Positions 55,421 to 64,000 of a stretch of DNA of 64,000 bases are shown here, piece by piece (the first letter of the stretch is position 1; each line of letters starts with the position of its first letter). The translations under genes were made by a program, and so were the position numbers. This DNA comes from an uncultured Alphaproteobacteria bacterium (GTDB lineage: Bacteria; Pseudomonadota; Alphaproteobacteria; HIMB59; GCA-002718135). The notes beneath the pieces were generated by a model. That model made no database searches. It was given only the letters and a program-made list of their open reading frames with translations, and was not told the DNA's origin. The stretch spans positions 135,941 through 199,940 of the forward strand of contig CABZCZ010000001.1 of NCBI GenBank assembly GCA_902524385.1. The letters run 5' to 3'.

Positions 55421-56590
55421 TTATGAATTTTGATGAAATCTAGATGCAAATATAGAAACTATAAAAACAATAGTTAATAAAGGAATACATAACAAATTGA
55501 TTACAGTCCAATTAGCAAAATATAAAAGAAAACCTGCAGACAAAGATCCAATTCCTTGAGTAGAAAATACTATAAAATCATTTAAACCTTGCGCAGTAAA
55601 TTTATCTTTTTCATCATATGAGACAACTAATAAACTCGATCCAGAAACAAATAAAAAATTCCATCCAATACCAAGTAATATCAAACCAAGCATGTAAGAA
55701 TAATAATAATCAAATAAAGTATTTATAAAAATACTTAAAAATAAAATTGAAATACCTGCATAAATAATGTTTGTATTTCCAAATTTTTTAATTAAATCTC
55801 CTGAAAATAGTGAGGGTAGAAACATTCCAATTACATGTAATTGAATTACAATACTAGTTTCAAATAGACTAAATTTATTAACTAAGTACATATGTAGAGG
55901 AGTTGCAGTCATAATTATGGCCATTGTAAAATAACCAATTCCTGCACTTACGATTGATTGAATGATTTTAATATTTTTTAATAATTTAAAAATAGTTTCT
56001 AATTTAAATTTACTATTTATGTTAGTGGTTTTTGTATCTTTATAAAAAAGTAGAATAAAAAAAGGAATAATAGCAGTAATAGACAAAAATATATAGCTAC
56101 CTAAAAATAAATTATCTGGAAAATAATCTTTAAAATATTCTGCAAAATTTGATGACAGTAATGCAGAGACAATACCTAATAATAGTATTATGGAAATAGA
56201 TCTTGGTATAAATTCCTTTTCTACTGATTCAGATGCAGCAAAACGATATTGATGAACAAAAGCTTGTGCGTTTCCAATTAAAAAATTACCTAGTGCAAAT
56301 AGAATAAAATTTTCAATATAAATAGCAATTGAACATAAAATTAATGCAGAGCAACTTAAAATTGATGAAAATAAAAAACCTCTTTGCCTACCATAAATAC
56401 TCATAAATCTTGAAGCCATAGGTGCGCCTAGTGCAATACCAATAATCATTAACATCATTGGAAGTGTTGCCAATGAGTCTTTAAGCATTATCTGAGATGT
56501 AATTATACCGCCTAGCAAAACTACAGCCATAGGGGGAAACATAGCAAATGTTGATGCAGAACAAATTACTATAAAATTTTTGTTAATCAT
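55421..56590 (-). CDS. MFS transporter
   Basis: 389 aa, 12 TM pattern. Confidence 0.85.
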   Translation of the reverse strand: MINKNFIVICSASTFAMFPPMAVVLLGGIITSQIMLKDSLATLPMMLMIIGIALGAPMASRFMSIYGRQRGFLFSSILSCSALILCSIAIYIENFILFALGNFLIGNAQAFVHQYRFAASESVEKEFIPRSISIILLLGIVSALLSSNFAEYFKDYFPDNLFLGSYIFLSITAIIPFFILLFYKDTKTTNINSKFKLETIFKLLKNIKIIQSIVSAGIGYFTMAIIMTATPLHMYLVNKFSLFETSIVIQLHVIGMFLPSLFSGDLIKKFGNTNIIYAGISILFLSIFINTLFDYYYSYMLGLILLGIGWNFLFVSGSSLLVVSYDEKDKFTAQGLNDFIVFSTQGIGSLSAGFLLYFANWTVINLLCIPLLTIVFIVSIFASRFHQNS

Positions 56591-56707
56591 AAAATAAGAT
56601 AATATCTTATTGGTTATATTAAATTATCTATATGTCACTCTTTGTTTAAAGTAAGAGTTAACAAAATATTTAGTAGACCATTAATTACTATTGAGATAAA
56701 AATAGTA

Positions 56708-57598
56708 ATGGTTTCAAGTCATGATTTTATTAAAGATATAAGAAATGAGGATATAAAAATCTATATCAATGGAAAATTCTACAAAAGAAAAGATGCAAAA
56801 ATATCAGTATTTGATTCTTCTGTTCTACTTGGTGACGGAGTTTGGGATTCATTAAGATATCATGAAAATGGTTTTATTTTTCTTAAAGAACATTTAGATA
56901 GGTTATATAAAGATGCAAAACTAATTGATTTAAAAATTCCAATATCGCGTAAAAGTCTCTCTCAAGAACTTAATAAAACTATAAAAGTTAATAAAATGAA
57001 ATCAGATGTTCATTTGAGAATAATTATTTCAAGGGGTATCAAATCAACTCCTTATCAATCACCTAAGGTTACTATATCAAAGCCAACTATTATAATTATA
57101 CCTGAGTATAAAAAACCAGATATTCAGGCGTATAAAAAAGGATTAAAATTAGTTACAGTTAATACAATAAGAGGTCCCATTAATGTTCAAAATCCACAAA
57201 TAAATTCACTTAGTAAGTTAAATTGTATTCTCGCTTGTATTGAGGCTAATAAAAAAAATGCTGATGAAGCTCTGATGTTTGATATTAACGGAAATATAGC
57301 AACAAATAATAGTACACATTTCTTCTTTGTAAAAGATAACACGGTTTATACCTCAACTGGTAAATATTGTGTAACAGGAATTACTAGAAAAAAAATTATA
57401 GAATTATGTAAAAAATATAAAATCAAAGTAAAAGAAAAAAACTTTAAGTTAAAAGAAGTATTAAATGCTGATGAAGCATTTGTAACTGGTTCATTTGCAG
57501 GTATTGTACCCGTTAATGCAATAAATAAAAAAAAATTCTCTCTAAAAAATAATCCATTAACAATAAAATTATCAAATTTTTATAATAATTTATTTTAA
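56708..57598 (+). CDS. class IV (branched-chain/D-amino-acid) aminotransferase
   Basis: Start moved to ATG 56708. Fold-type IV pattern (DSSVLLGDGVWDSLR, ...RGI..., LNCILA..EA, ...GITR...). Confidence 0.75.
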   Translation: MVSSHDFIKDIRNEDIKIYINGKFYKRKDAKISVFDSSVLLGDGVWDSLRYHENGFIFLKEHLDRLYKDAKLIDLKIPISRKSLSQELNKTIKVNKMKSDVHLRIIISRGIKSTPYQSPKVTISKPTIIIIPEYKKPDIQAYKKGLKLVTVNTIRGPINVQNPQINSLSKLNCILACIEANKKNADEALMFDINGNIATNNSTHFFFVKDNTVYTSTGKYCVTGITRKKIIELCKKYKIKVKEKNFKLKEVLNADEAFVTGSFAGIVPVNAINKKKFSLKNNPLTIKLSNFYNNLF

Positions 57599-58312
57599 AT
57601 GATTAATATATTTATGTGGTCAGGTCCTAGAAATATCAGTACTGCATTGATGAGATCATTTGAAAATAGGACTGATACAAAGGTTTATGACGAACCATTT
57701 TATTCATATTACTTAAAGAATACAAATTTAGATCATCCGATGAAAGAAGAAATTATAAATACTTATCCATTTGATGAAAAAGAAATTATAAATTTAATTA
57801 CAGAAAATGATGATAATTATAAAATTTTTTATCAAAAACATATGACCCATCACATTTTAGATGAAACAAATTTAGAGTGGATAAATAAAGGTTTAAATTG
57901 TTTTTTAATCCGCGATCCTGCAAAAGTAATTGTTTCATATATAAAAAAAAATACTTTAAGATCGATAAAAGATACTGGATTTGAAAAACTTTATCAAATT
58001 TTTAATTCATTAAAATCAAAAAAACCAATTGTAATAAATTCAGATTATTTATTAGAAAATCCTGAAAAATATTTAAAAATTTTATGCAAAAAACTAAATT
58101 TAAGCTTTGATGAAAAAATGCTTAATTGGCCAAAAGGATTTAGAGATACTGATGGTATTTGGTCTAAAGTTTGGTATCAGGATGTGATTTCAACAACAAC
58201 ATTTAATCCTAATAGTAAAAAAAAATACAATGTACCTAAAGATTTTGAAAATATTTATAAAAAATGTCTAGAGATCTATGAAGAAATAAATGAATATTCA
58301 ATTCAGATATGA
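57599..58312 (+). CDS. sulfotransferase-like P-loop family protein
   Basis: 237 aa. The N-terminus MWSGPRNISTALMRSF...VYDEPFY is recalled as a sulfotransferase-like family. Not searched. Confidence 0.45.
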   Translation: MINIFMWSGPRNISTALMRSFENRTDTKVYDEPFYSYYLKNTNLDHPMKEEIINTYPFDEKEIINLITENDDNYKIFYQKHMTHHILDETNLEWINKGLNCFLIRDPAKVIVSYIKKNTLRSIKDTGFEKLYQIFNSLKSKKPIVINSDYLLENPEKYLKILCKKLNLSFDEKMLNWPKGFRDTDGIWSKVWYQDVISTTTFNPNSKKKYNVPKDFENIYKKCLEIYEEINEYSIQI

Positions 58313-59103
58313 TTAAAGAAAATATTCAACAAGCATCAAAAATTTTATTTGAACATAGGTTAAATAAAACAGGATTAAGTTCGCTAAAACATTTAGAACC
58401 AAAAACAATTAATGATGCTTATAAAATACAAGAAAATCTTAAACTAAGATATTTAGAATTAAAAGATAATTTCTGTATTGGAAAAAAAGTTGGATGCACA
58501 TCTCTAGCTGCTCAGAAACAGATGAATATAAAAGAACCTTTCTATGGAAATCTATTTAACAGATACAGTACAAAAAATGTTAATTTATTAAATTCTAAAT
58601 ATTTCTCTGAACCATATGTTGAACCAGAAATTAGTTTCAGAATAAAAGATGATATAAATATTTCTAATGCTCCTTTCAAATTCAAAGACTTAGATTACTT
58701 ATTAGATGGTTTATTTTGTTCAGTTGAAATAGTTGATTTTAGATTTAGAAAACCATTATCAGAAATTGGCGCCTCAAATGTAATATCAACTAATGGGGCA
58801 TCAGAATTTTGGATATGGGATGAAAATTTAATTAAAATTAAAAATGTAGATCTTAATAATTTTGAAGTAAGTTTATTAATAAATGATGAAATTGTAGATA
58901 CAGGAAATACAAAAAATGTTTTGGATAATCCATTAAATGCAGCTCTTTGGTTAATTAATAATCTTGCAGAAAAAGGTGAGCCTATGCTTAAAGGTCAGTT
59001 TATTAGTTCTGGATCTTGTACTAAAGCATTTAGAATTTATCCCAAAAGTAAAATTAAAGCTGATTTTAATCAATTAGGCTCAATTGAATTTGAATATATT
59101 TAA
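58309..59103 (+). CDS. 2-keto-4-pentenoate hydratase/FAH-fold family protein
   Basis: 264 aa. MhpD-like pattern (...IGKKVGCTSLAAQKQMNIKEPFYGNLF...EPEISF...). Confidence 0.65.
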   Translation: MIKENIQQASKILFEHRLNKTGLSSLKHLEPKTINDAYKIQENLKLRYLELKDNFCIGKKVGCTSLAAQKQMNIKEPFYGNLFNRYSTKNVNLLNSKYFSEPYVEPEISFRIKDDINISNAPFKFKDLDYLLDGLFCSVEIVDFRFRKPLSEIGASNVISTNGASEFWIWDENLIKIKNVDLNNFEVSLLINDEIVDTGNTKNVLDNPLNAALWLINNLAEKGEPMLKGQFISSGSCTKAFRIYPKSKIKADFNQLGSIEFEYI

Positions 59104-59117
59104 GTTATTTATTTGTT

Positions 59118-59480
59118 ATGAAGACGAAAGTTTTTTATAATAAAGCATGCAGTATTTGCAGTTTTGAAATCAATCACTACAAAAAAACTAAGAATAATAT
59201 TGAATGGGTAGACATAAACAATGTAAACTTATCAAAATTAGAGACAAATAAAAATGCAAAAGCACTTTTGAGACGTCTGCATACGAAAAAAAATAATAAA
59301 GTTTTTGCAGGAGTTGATGCTTTTATTGAAATGTGGTTAGAGATACCAAAATACAGATTTTTGGCAAAAATTATAAGAAAACCAATAATATATCAGATTT
59401 CTTGGGTTATTTATGAAGCTTTTGCATTAATTCTATTTTACAAAAACAAGAATCAACTAAATAAATTAGAAAGAATTTAA
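59118..59480 (+). CDS. DCC-family thiol-disulfide oxidoreductase (DUF393-like)
   Basis: 120 aa with an N-terminal FYNKACSICSFEINHY CxxC motif. Confidence 0.65.
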   Translation: MKTKVFYNKACSICSFEINHYKKTKNNIEWVDINNVNLSKLETNKNAKALLRRLHTKKNNKVFAGVDAFIEMWLEIPKYRFLAKIIRKPIIYQISWVIYEAFALILFYKNKNQLNKLERI

Positions 59481-59867
59481 ATGAATAGTTATTTTGAGTT
59501 ATTAGAAAAAATTGTACTTTCAGTGCTTATCGTTTGTACAATCATTGCTATTGCTATGGAAGTACAAGGTATGATTACGGTTTACAAAGTCACACTTGCA
59601 GACATTCTTTTGCTATTTATTTATATTGAAATTATTGGAATGATTAAGGAGTACTGGATTTCAAAAATGATAAGAATGAGCTACCCTCTTTTCATTGCAA
59701 TGACAGCTCTTGCCAGAATGATAATTATGCAAAGAAAAGATGTTGATCCATCTGCCTATGTGTATGAGTCTGTAGCAATATTGATATTAGCAATCGCAAT
59801 TGTAGTATTAAGAGTGCGACATATGGAAATACTTAATAGGCGTTCTAAAAAATTACTTGACGATTAA
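59481..59867 (+). CDS. PsiE-like membrane protein
   Basis: 128 aa, 4 TM segments. Weak family resemblance. Confidence 0.45.
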   Translation: MNSYFELLEKIVLSVLIVCTIIAIAMEVQGMITVYKVTLADILLLFIYIEIIGMIKEYWISKMIRMSYPLFIAMTALARMIIMQRKDVDPSAYVYESVAILILAIAIVVLRVRHMEILNRRSKKLLDD

Positions 59868-59878
59868 TTAATACTAAA

Positions 59879-61054
59879 ATGTTTAAATCAAATATCAGCT
59901 TTGCTGAAGAGCAACTCGTATCTTATTTGCCTAAAATGGGAAAATATTATGAATTAAATAGAAATTACAGTGAAGACAAATCTAATTATACTACATCTTT
60001 ATTATCTCCTTTTATTAGGTATAGACTAATTTCTGAAGAACAAATTCTGAAAAAAGTTTTAGAAAAATATGAACTGAGAGATTGTGAAAAATTTGTCCAA
60101 GAAATTTATTGGAGAACTTATTGGAAAGGTTGGCTCGAACATAGACCATCAATTTATTCCGATTATTTAGAAGATAGAAATAAATTAATTGAAAAATTTA
60201 GTAATAAAAAATTTTATTTAAAGGCAATTTCTGGAAATACAAATCTATCATTTTTTAATCATTGGGTTAATACTCTAAAAGAAGATGGGTACTTGCATAA
60301 TCATGTAAGAATGTGGTTTGCCTCAATTTGGATTTTTACTCTTAATTTACCCTGGCAACTTGGAGCTGATTTTTTTATGCAACATTTATTAGATGGTGAT
60401 CCTGCCTCTAATACTTTATCTTGGCGATGGGTTGCTGGGATACAGACCAAGGGTAAAAATTATTTAGCAAGAAAAAGTAATATAGAAAAATATAGTAATA
60501 TTAAAATATCAGATAATGAAATTTTAAATGAAAATGCAAATCCTTTAGTCGAAGAAAAAATTTATAATGTAAACGAACTAAATTTAAATATTGATTATAA
60601 TTTTGAAGAAATGAAATATATTATAATTCCAACTGATGAGTTAAACATTCTTAAAGATTTAAATCATAAGAACATAAATATTTTTACAGGTTTACCATTA
60701 GAAGATTATAATGAACACAACTTCTCTGAAAAAATCATTAAACATATTAAGAGCATTTGTATTTCATGTTTTAATGATGATGAATTTTATAAGAATATTA
60801 AAATTGATATTGAATTTGAAAATTATTTTAAAAATTTAGATAAATGGATATCAAATTTTCAAATTCAAAAGATATATTTACCATATGTTACAAAAGGAAA
60901 TTGGAGAAAAATTTATAAAAAAATTATTACAAGATACCCTTCTATTAATTTCATAATTTTTAATAGAAAATATGATGTTAATAGTTGGATTTTTTCTAAA
61001 AAAGGTTATTTCAAATTTAAACAAAATATTCCGCAACTAATTACAAAATTTTAA
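59879..61054 (+). CDS. photolyase/cryptochrome FAD-binding-domain protein lacking the canonical N-terminal domain
   Basis: 391 aa. Motifs LLSPFIRYRLIS, YWRTYWKGW, HNHVRMWFASIW and DGDPASNTLSWRWVAG. Confidence 0.7.
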   Translation: MFKSNISFAEEQLVSYLPKMGKYYELNRNYSEDKSNYTTSLLSPFIRYRLISEEQILKKVLEKYELRDCEKFVQEIYWRTYWKGWLEHRPSIYSDYLEDRNKLIEKFSNKKFYLKAISGNTNLSFFNHWVNTLKEDGYLHNHVRMWFASIWIFTLNLPWQLGADFFMQHLLDGDPASNTLSWRWVAGIQTKGKNYLARKSNIEKYSNIKISDNEILNENANPLVEEKIYNVNELNLNIDYNFEEMKYIIIPTDELNILKDLNHKNINIFTGLPLEDYNEHNFSEKIIKHIKSICISCFNDDEFYKNIKIDIEFENYFKNLDKWISNFQIQKIYLPYVTKGNWRKIYKKIITRYPSINFIIFNRKYDVNSWIFSKKGYFKFKQNIPQLITKF

Positions 61055-61057
61055 ATT

Positions 61058-62002
61058 ATGAAAAATATACTTGAGATTAAGAATGTAACTAAATTTTACA
61101 AAAATTCAGTTAAAGCATTAGAAAATGTAAATCTCAATATAAAAGAAGGAGAAATATTTGCACTACTAGGACCAAATGGTGCAGGAAAATCAACTCTAAT
61201 AAACTCAATTTGTGGAATAGTAAACTTCAATACCGGAACAATAAAAATTAATAACATGGATATTATTAAAAATTATCGAGCTACTAGAAAAATGACAGGT
61301 ATTGTTCCTCAAGAATTAAATCTTGAATCTTTTGAAACTGTTTGGAACAATGTGAATTATTCTAGAGGTCTTTTTGGTAAGAGGCCTGATCACAATTATA
61401 TAGAAAAGCTTTTAAAACAATTATCCTTATGGGACAAAAAAGATAATAAAATTAAAGAACTGTCGGGTGGAATGAAAAGGAGAGTCCTGATAGCTAAAGC
61501 TTTATCTCATCAACCAAAATTGTTATTTTTAGATGAACCCACAGCTAGTGTTGATGTTGAACTACGTAAAGATATGTGGGATGTTGTAAAAAAACTTAAT
61601 AAAGATGGTGTTACAATTATACTAACAACACATTATATAGAAGAAGCTGAAGAATTAAGTGATAGAGTAGCGGTTATTAATGATGGTAAAATAATTTTAG
61701 TAGATGATAAAGATAAATTAATTGAAAAACTCGGAGAAAAAACAATTAAAATTGAATTACTTGAACCTATTGAAAATATAAATGGTAATTTAACAAAATA
61801 TAATTTTACTTTAGATCAAACAAATAAAATTATTTCACATACCTATAATTTAAACTCAAATACAACAGATATTACTGAGCTATTAAATGATATAAAGAGA
61901 GATGGTATTGAAATAAAAGATATTAATACTGAGCAAAGTTCATTGGAGGAAATTTTTATTAAACTAATCAAGGAAAATAATAATGAATTGGTACGGAATT
62001 AA
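61058..62002 (+). CDS. ABC transporter ATP-binding protein (ABC-2 type)
   Basis: 314 aa. Motifs GPNGAGKST, LSGGMKRR and LLFLDEPT. Confidence 0.9.
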   Translation: MKNILEIKNVTKFYKNSVKALENVNLNIKEGEIFALLGPNGAGKSTLINSICGIVNFNTGTIKINNMDIIKNYRATRKMTGIVPQELNLESFETVWNNVNYSRGLFGKRPDHNYIEKLLKQLSLWDKKDNKIKELSGGMKRRVLIAKALSHQPKLLFLDEPTASVDVELRKDMWDVVKKLNKDGVTIILTTHYIEEAEELSDRVAVINDGKIILVDDKDKLIEKLGEKTIKIELLEPIENINGNLTKYNFTLDQTNKIISHTYNLNSNTTDITELLNDIKRDGIEIKDINTEQSSLEEIFIKLIKENNNELVRN

Positions 62003-62744
62003 AGCAATATATATTCATGAAATGGAAAGGTTCAGAAGAACATTATTTCAGAGTCTCGCCTCACCAATCATTACAACTTCTCTTTACTTCGTAGTTTTTG
62101 GCTCAGCAATTGGATCAAGAATTACCGAGATAGATGGAATAAATTACGGTTCTTATATTGTACCAGGAATGATTATGTTAACTATCTTAACGCAATCAAT
62201 TTCAAATGCATCTTTTGCTTTTTATTTTCCAAGATTTACAAATACAATCTATGAAATACTTGCCGCACCATTATCATCGTTTGAGATAGTCCTTGGTTTT
62301 GTAGGAGCCGCAGCATCCAAATCATTAATAATTGGATGTGTAATTATTCTAACAGCTAATTTTTTTGTAGATGTAAGAATAGATCACCCACTTCTCATGA
62401 TGTTTTTTTTAATTCTAACATCCATTACATTTGCTTTATTTGGTTTTATAATTGGAATGTACGCTGAAGGTTTTGAAGGATTACAGATTATTCCAATTCT
62501 AGTAATAACACCATTAGTCTTCTTAGGAGGAAGTTTTTACTCTATTAATATGCTTCCAGAATTTTGGCAGAAAATATCCTTACTTAATCCTGTTTTATAT
62601 TTAATAAGTGGTTTCAGATATAGTTTTTACGAGGTTTCTGATGTATCATTATTCACAAGCACATTAACTATTTTGACAATTTTAATTGGATGCATAATAT
62701 TTATTACATATACATTTTCAAAAGGATATAGAATTAAAGATTAA
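61983..62744 (+). CDS. ABC-2-type permease
   Basis: 253 aa, 6 TM segments. It overlaps the ATPase gene by 20 nt. Confidence 0.85.
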   Translation: MNWYGIKAIYIHEMERFRRTLFQSLASPIITTSLYFVVFGSAIGSRITEIDGINYGSYIVPGMIMLTILTQSISNASFAFYFPRFTNTIYEILAAPLSSFEIVLGFVGAAASKSLIIGCVIILTANFFVDVRIDHPLLMMFFLILTSITFALFGFIIGMYAEGFEGLQIIPILVITPLVFLGGSFYSINMLPEFWQKISLLNPVLYLISGFRYSFYEVSDVSLFTSTLTILTILIGCIIFITYTFSKGYRIKD

Positions 62745-63539
62745 ATGATTGATAAAAAAATAAGTAATGAATTTCAAAATAATGGAGTTGTGTTAATGAA
62801 AAAAATTATTGATCAAAAATGGATTGAAGAATTAAGAAAAGGTATTGAGTATAATTTTCAAAACCCAAGTAAATATAAATGTGTTTACGAAGAATCAGAT
62901 AATCAAGAGATATTTTATGATGATTATTGTAATTGGCAAAGAATAAAAGAGTATAAAAATTTTATTTTTAATTCTGATATTGCGAAAATTGCAGGTTCAT
63001 TAATGCAATCTAATAAAGTAAATTTATTCCATGAGCATGTTTTAATAAAAGAAAAAGGATCAAAAAAAAGAACACCTTGGCATCAAGACCAGGGATATTA
63101 CTGTGTACAAGGAAGAGATAATGTAAGTATTTGGATACCACTTGATAAAATTGATATTAATTCGTCAATGGAATTCATACTAGGGTCACATAAATGGGAT
63201 AAAATATTTTTACCTACAAAATTTAAAGGTAATGATTATGAGCATAAAGATAAAGAATTTGAAAAAATTCCAGATATTGAAAAAAATAGAAAAGATTATG
63301 AAATTAAATCTTATGAATGTGAATTAGGTGACGCCATAGCATTTAATTATGCAACAATTCATGCTGCATATGGCAATAATTCAAATAATAGAAGAAGAGC
63401 TTTTTCAGTTAGATTTACTGGTGATGATGCAAGATATAAAAAGAGGAAAGGTGAAATGTCTCCTCCATTTCCAAATATTAATCTAAAAAATAATGAGGTT
63501 TTAGATAGTGAAACTTTTCCAGTCTTAATTTCTTCTTAA
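62745..63539 (+). CDS. phytanoyl-CoA dioxygenase (PhyH)-family Fe(II)/2OG oxygenase
   Basis: 264 aa. Motifs WHQDQGYY, a distal H in TIHAAYGN, and RRRAFSVRF. Confidence 0.75.
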   Translation: MIDKKISNEFQNNGVVLMKKIIDQKWIEELRKGIEYNFQNPSKYKCVYEESDNQEIFYDDYCNWQRIKEYKNFIFNSDIAKIAGSLMQSNKVNLFHEHVLIKEKGSKKRTPWHQDQGYYCVQGRDNVSIWIPLDKIDINSSMEFILGSHKWDKIFLPTKFKGNDYEHKDKEFEKIPDIEKNRKDYEIKSYECELGDAIAFNYATIHAAYGNNSNNRRRAFSVRFTGDDARYKKRKGEMSPPFPNINLKNNEVLDSETFPVLISS

Positions 63540-64000
63540 GAAATATATTAATGGTAGAGCGGTGGCATACATTATTAAGCTATAAATAGCAGCAGGTATC
63601 AAATAAACCGTACTTGCAAAGAAAGTATTAGCTACTACAATTGCTAAAGTTCCATTTTGTAGCCCCACTTCCATTAACCAACATCTGAAAGTTTCTTTAG
63701 ATGCATTAAAAGATTTCGAAATAAAATAAACAATTATCATCATTATCACATTGAGAAATAACATAACCAAACCGGCTTGAGCAAAATAACTAACGACATT
63801 TTCTCTTTGAGAAACAATCGCACCGAGTAGTACTAAAGCAAATAAGACAATAGAGATGTTTTTAGCAATTTTCTCAAAACTGGATAAGAAGCCACTTAAT
63901 AAAACACCCAAAATTACGGGAATAGTTACAATTAAAAACATTTGAAAAGCGACGTTTAATAATGATTGACCTTCATTTAAGCCGCCATAACCCAGAAGTG
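63525..64000 (-). CDS. bile acid:Na+ symporter (BASS)-family transporter, 5' end outside the window
   Basis: The frame stays open upstream of the listed Met through to the window edge (...GYGGLNEGQSLLNVAFQMFLIV...). The protein is a polytopic membrane protein. Confidence 0.6.
   Translation of the reverse strand, partial: LLGYGGLNEGQSLLNVAFQMFLIVTIPVILGVLLSGFLSSFEKIAKNISIVLFALVLLGAIVSQRENVVSYFAQAGLVMLFLNVIMMIIVYFISKSFNASKETFRCWLMEVGLQNGTLAIVVANTFFASTVYLIPAAIYSLIMYATALPLIYFLRRN

Noticed and set aside
1-64000. Scan for CRISPR arrays, rRNA or tRNA genes, IS elements with terminal inverted repeats, and toxin-antitoxin pairs.
   Set aside because: None was recognised. The only regular tandem repeat is the coding HxS tract. 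No transposase-like ORF was seen.

Overview
This is an AT-rich bacterial chromosome segment, about 30% G+C by eye. It is very gene-dense, with many overlapping gene junctions. No rRNA, tRNA or CRISPR array was recognised. The gene content includes urease, a DmdA-like GcvT-family enzyme, many DMT/ABC/MFS transporters and a TIGR02466-type oxygenase, with minimal spacers. This fits a streamlined marine alphaproteobacterium of the SAR11/Pelagibacterales type, which is an unverified inference. All function calls rest on motif recognition in the supplied translations, with no searches run.

Layout:
- 0.1-4.9 kb: ureDABCEFG urease operon, with the ureF frame broken.
- 5-12 kb: a BacNaV-like channel with an odd selectivity filter, an AlkB-like hydroxylase, and small NTF2/GYD proteins.
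- 12-18.6 kb: a visibly G+C-richer block of MarR-like regulator, hydrolase and peptide/nickel-type ABC importer.
- 18.6-28.5 kb: a run of small alpha+beta-barrel/NTF2 proteins, fasciclin, rhodanese, PEBP, and tesA-ybbA-ybbP.
- 29-43 kb: the lowest-G+C accessory segment. It ends in a Cre-like tyrosine recombinase and is bracketed by paralogous membrane-protein genes.
- 45-50.6 kb: two class III cyclases, a Kv-type K+ channel and an MscS-cNMP channel.
- 51-64 kb: metabolism and transport genes.

The standout lies in the 29-43 kb segment. It is a translationally coupled hxsD-hxsB-hxsC-hxsA locus: two radical-SAM/SPASM enzymes plus a His-Xaa-Ser repeat protein. This gene set has been named only by comparative genomics and has no known function. 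Here HxsA carries a signal-like N-terminus and a peptidoglycan-binding domain. The locus runs on into a di-haem MauG/CCP-like gene within a ten-gene co-directional block.

Three small gene disruptions (ureF, two small-protein genes) are also visible.
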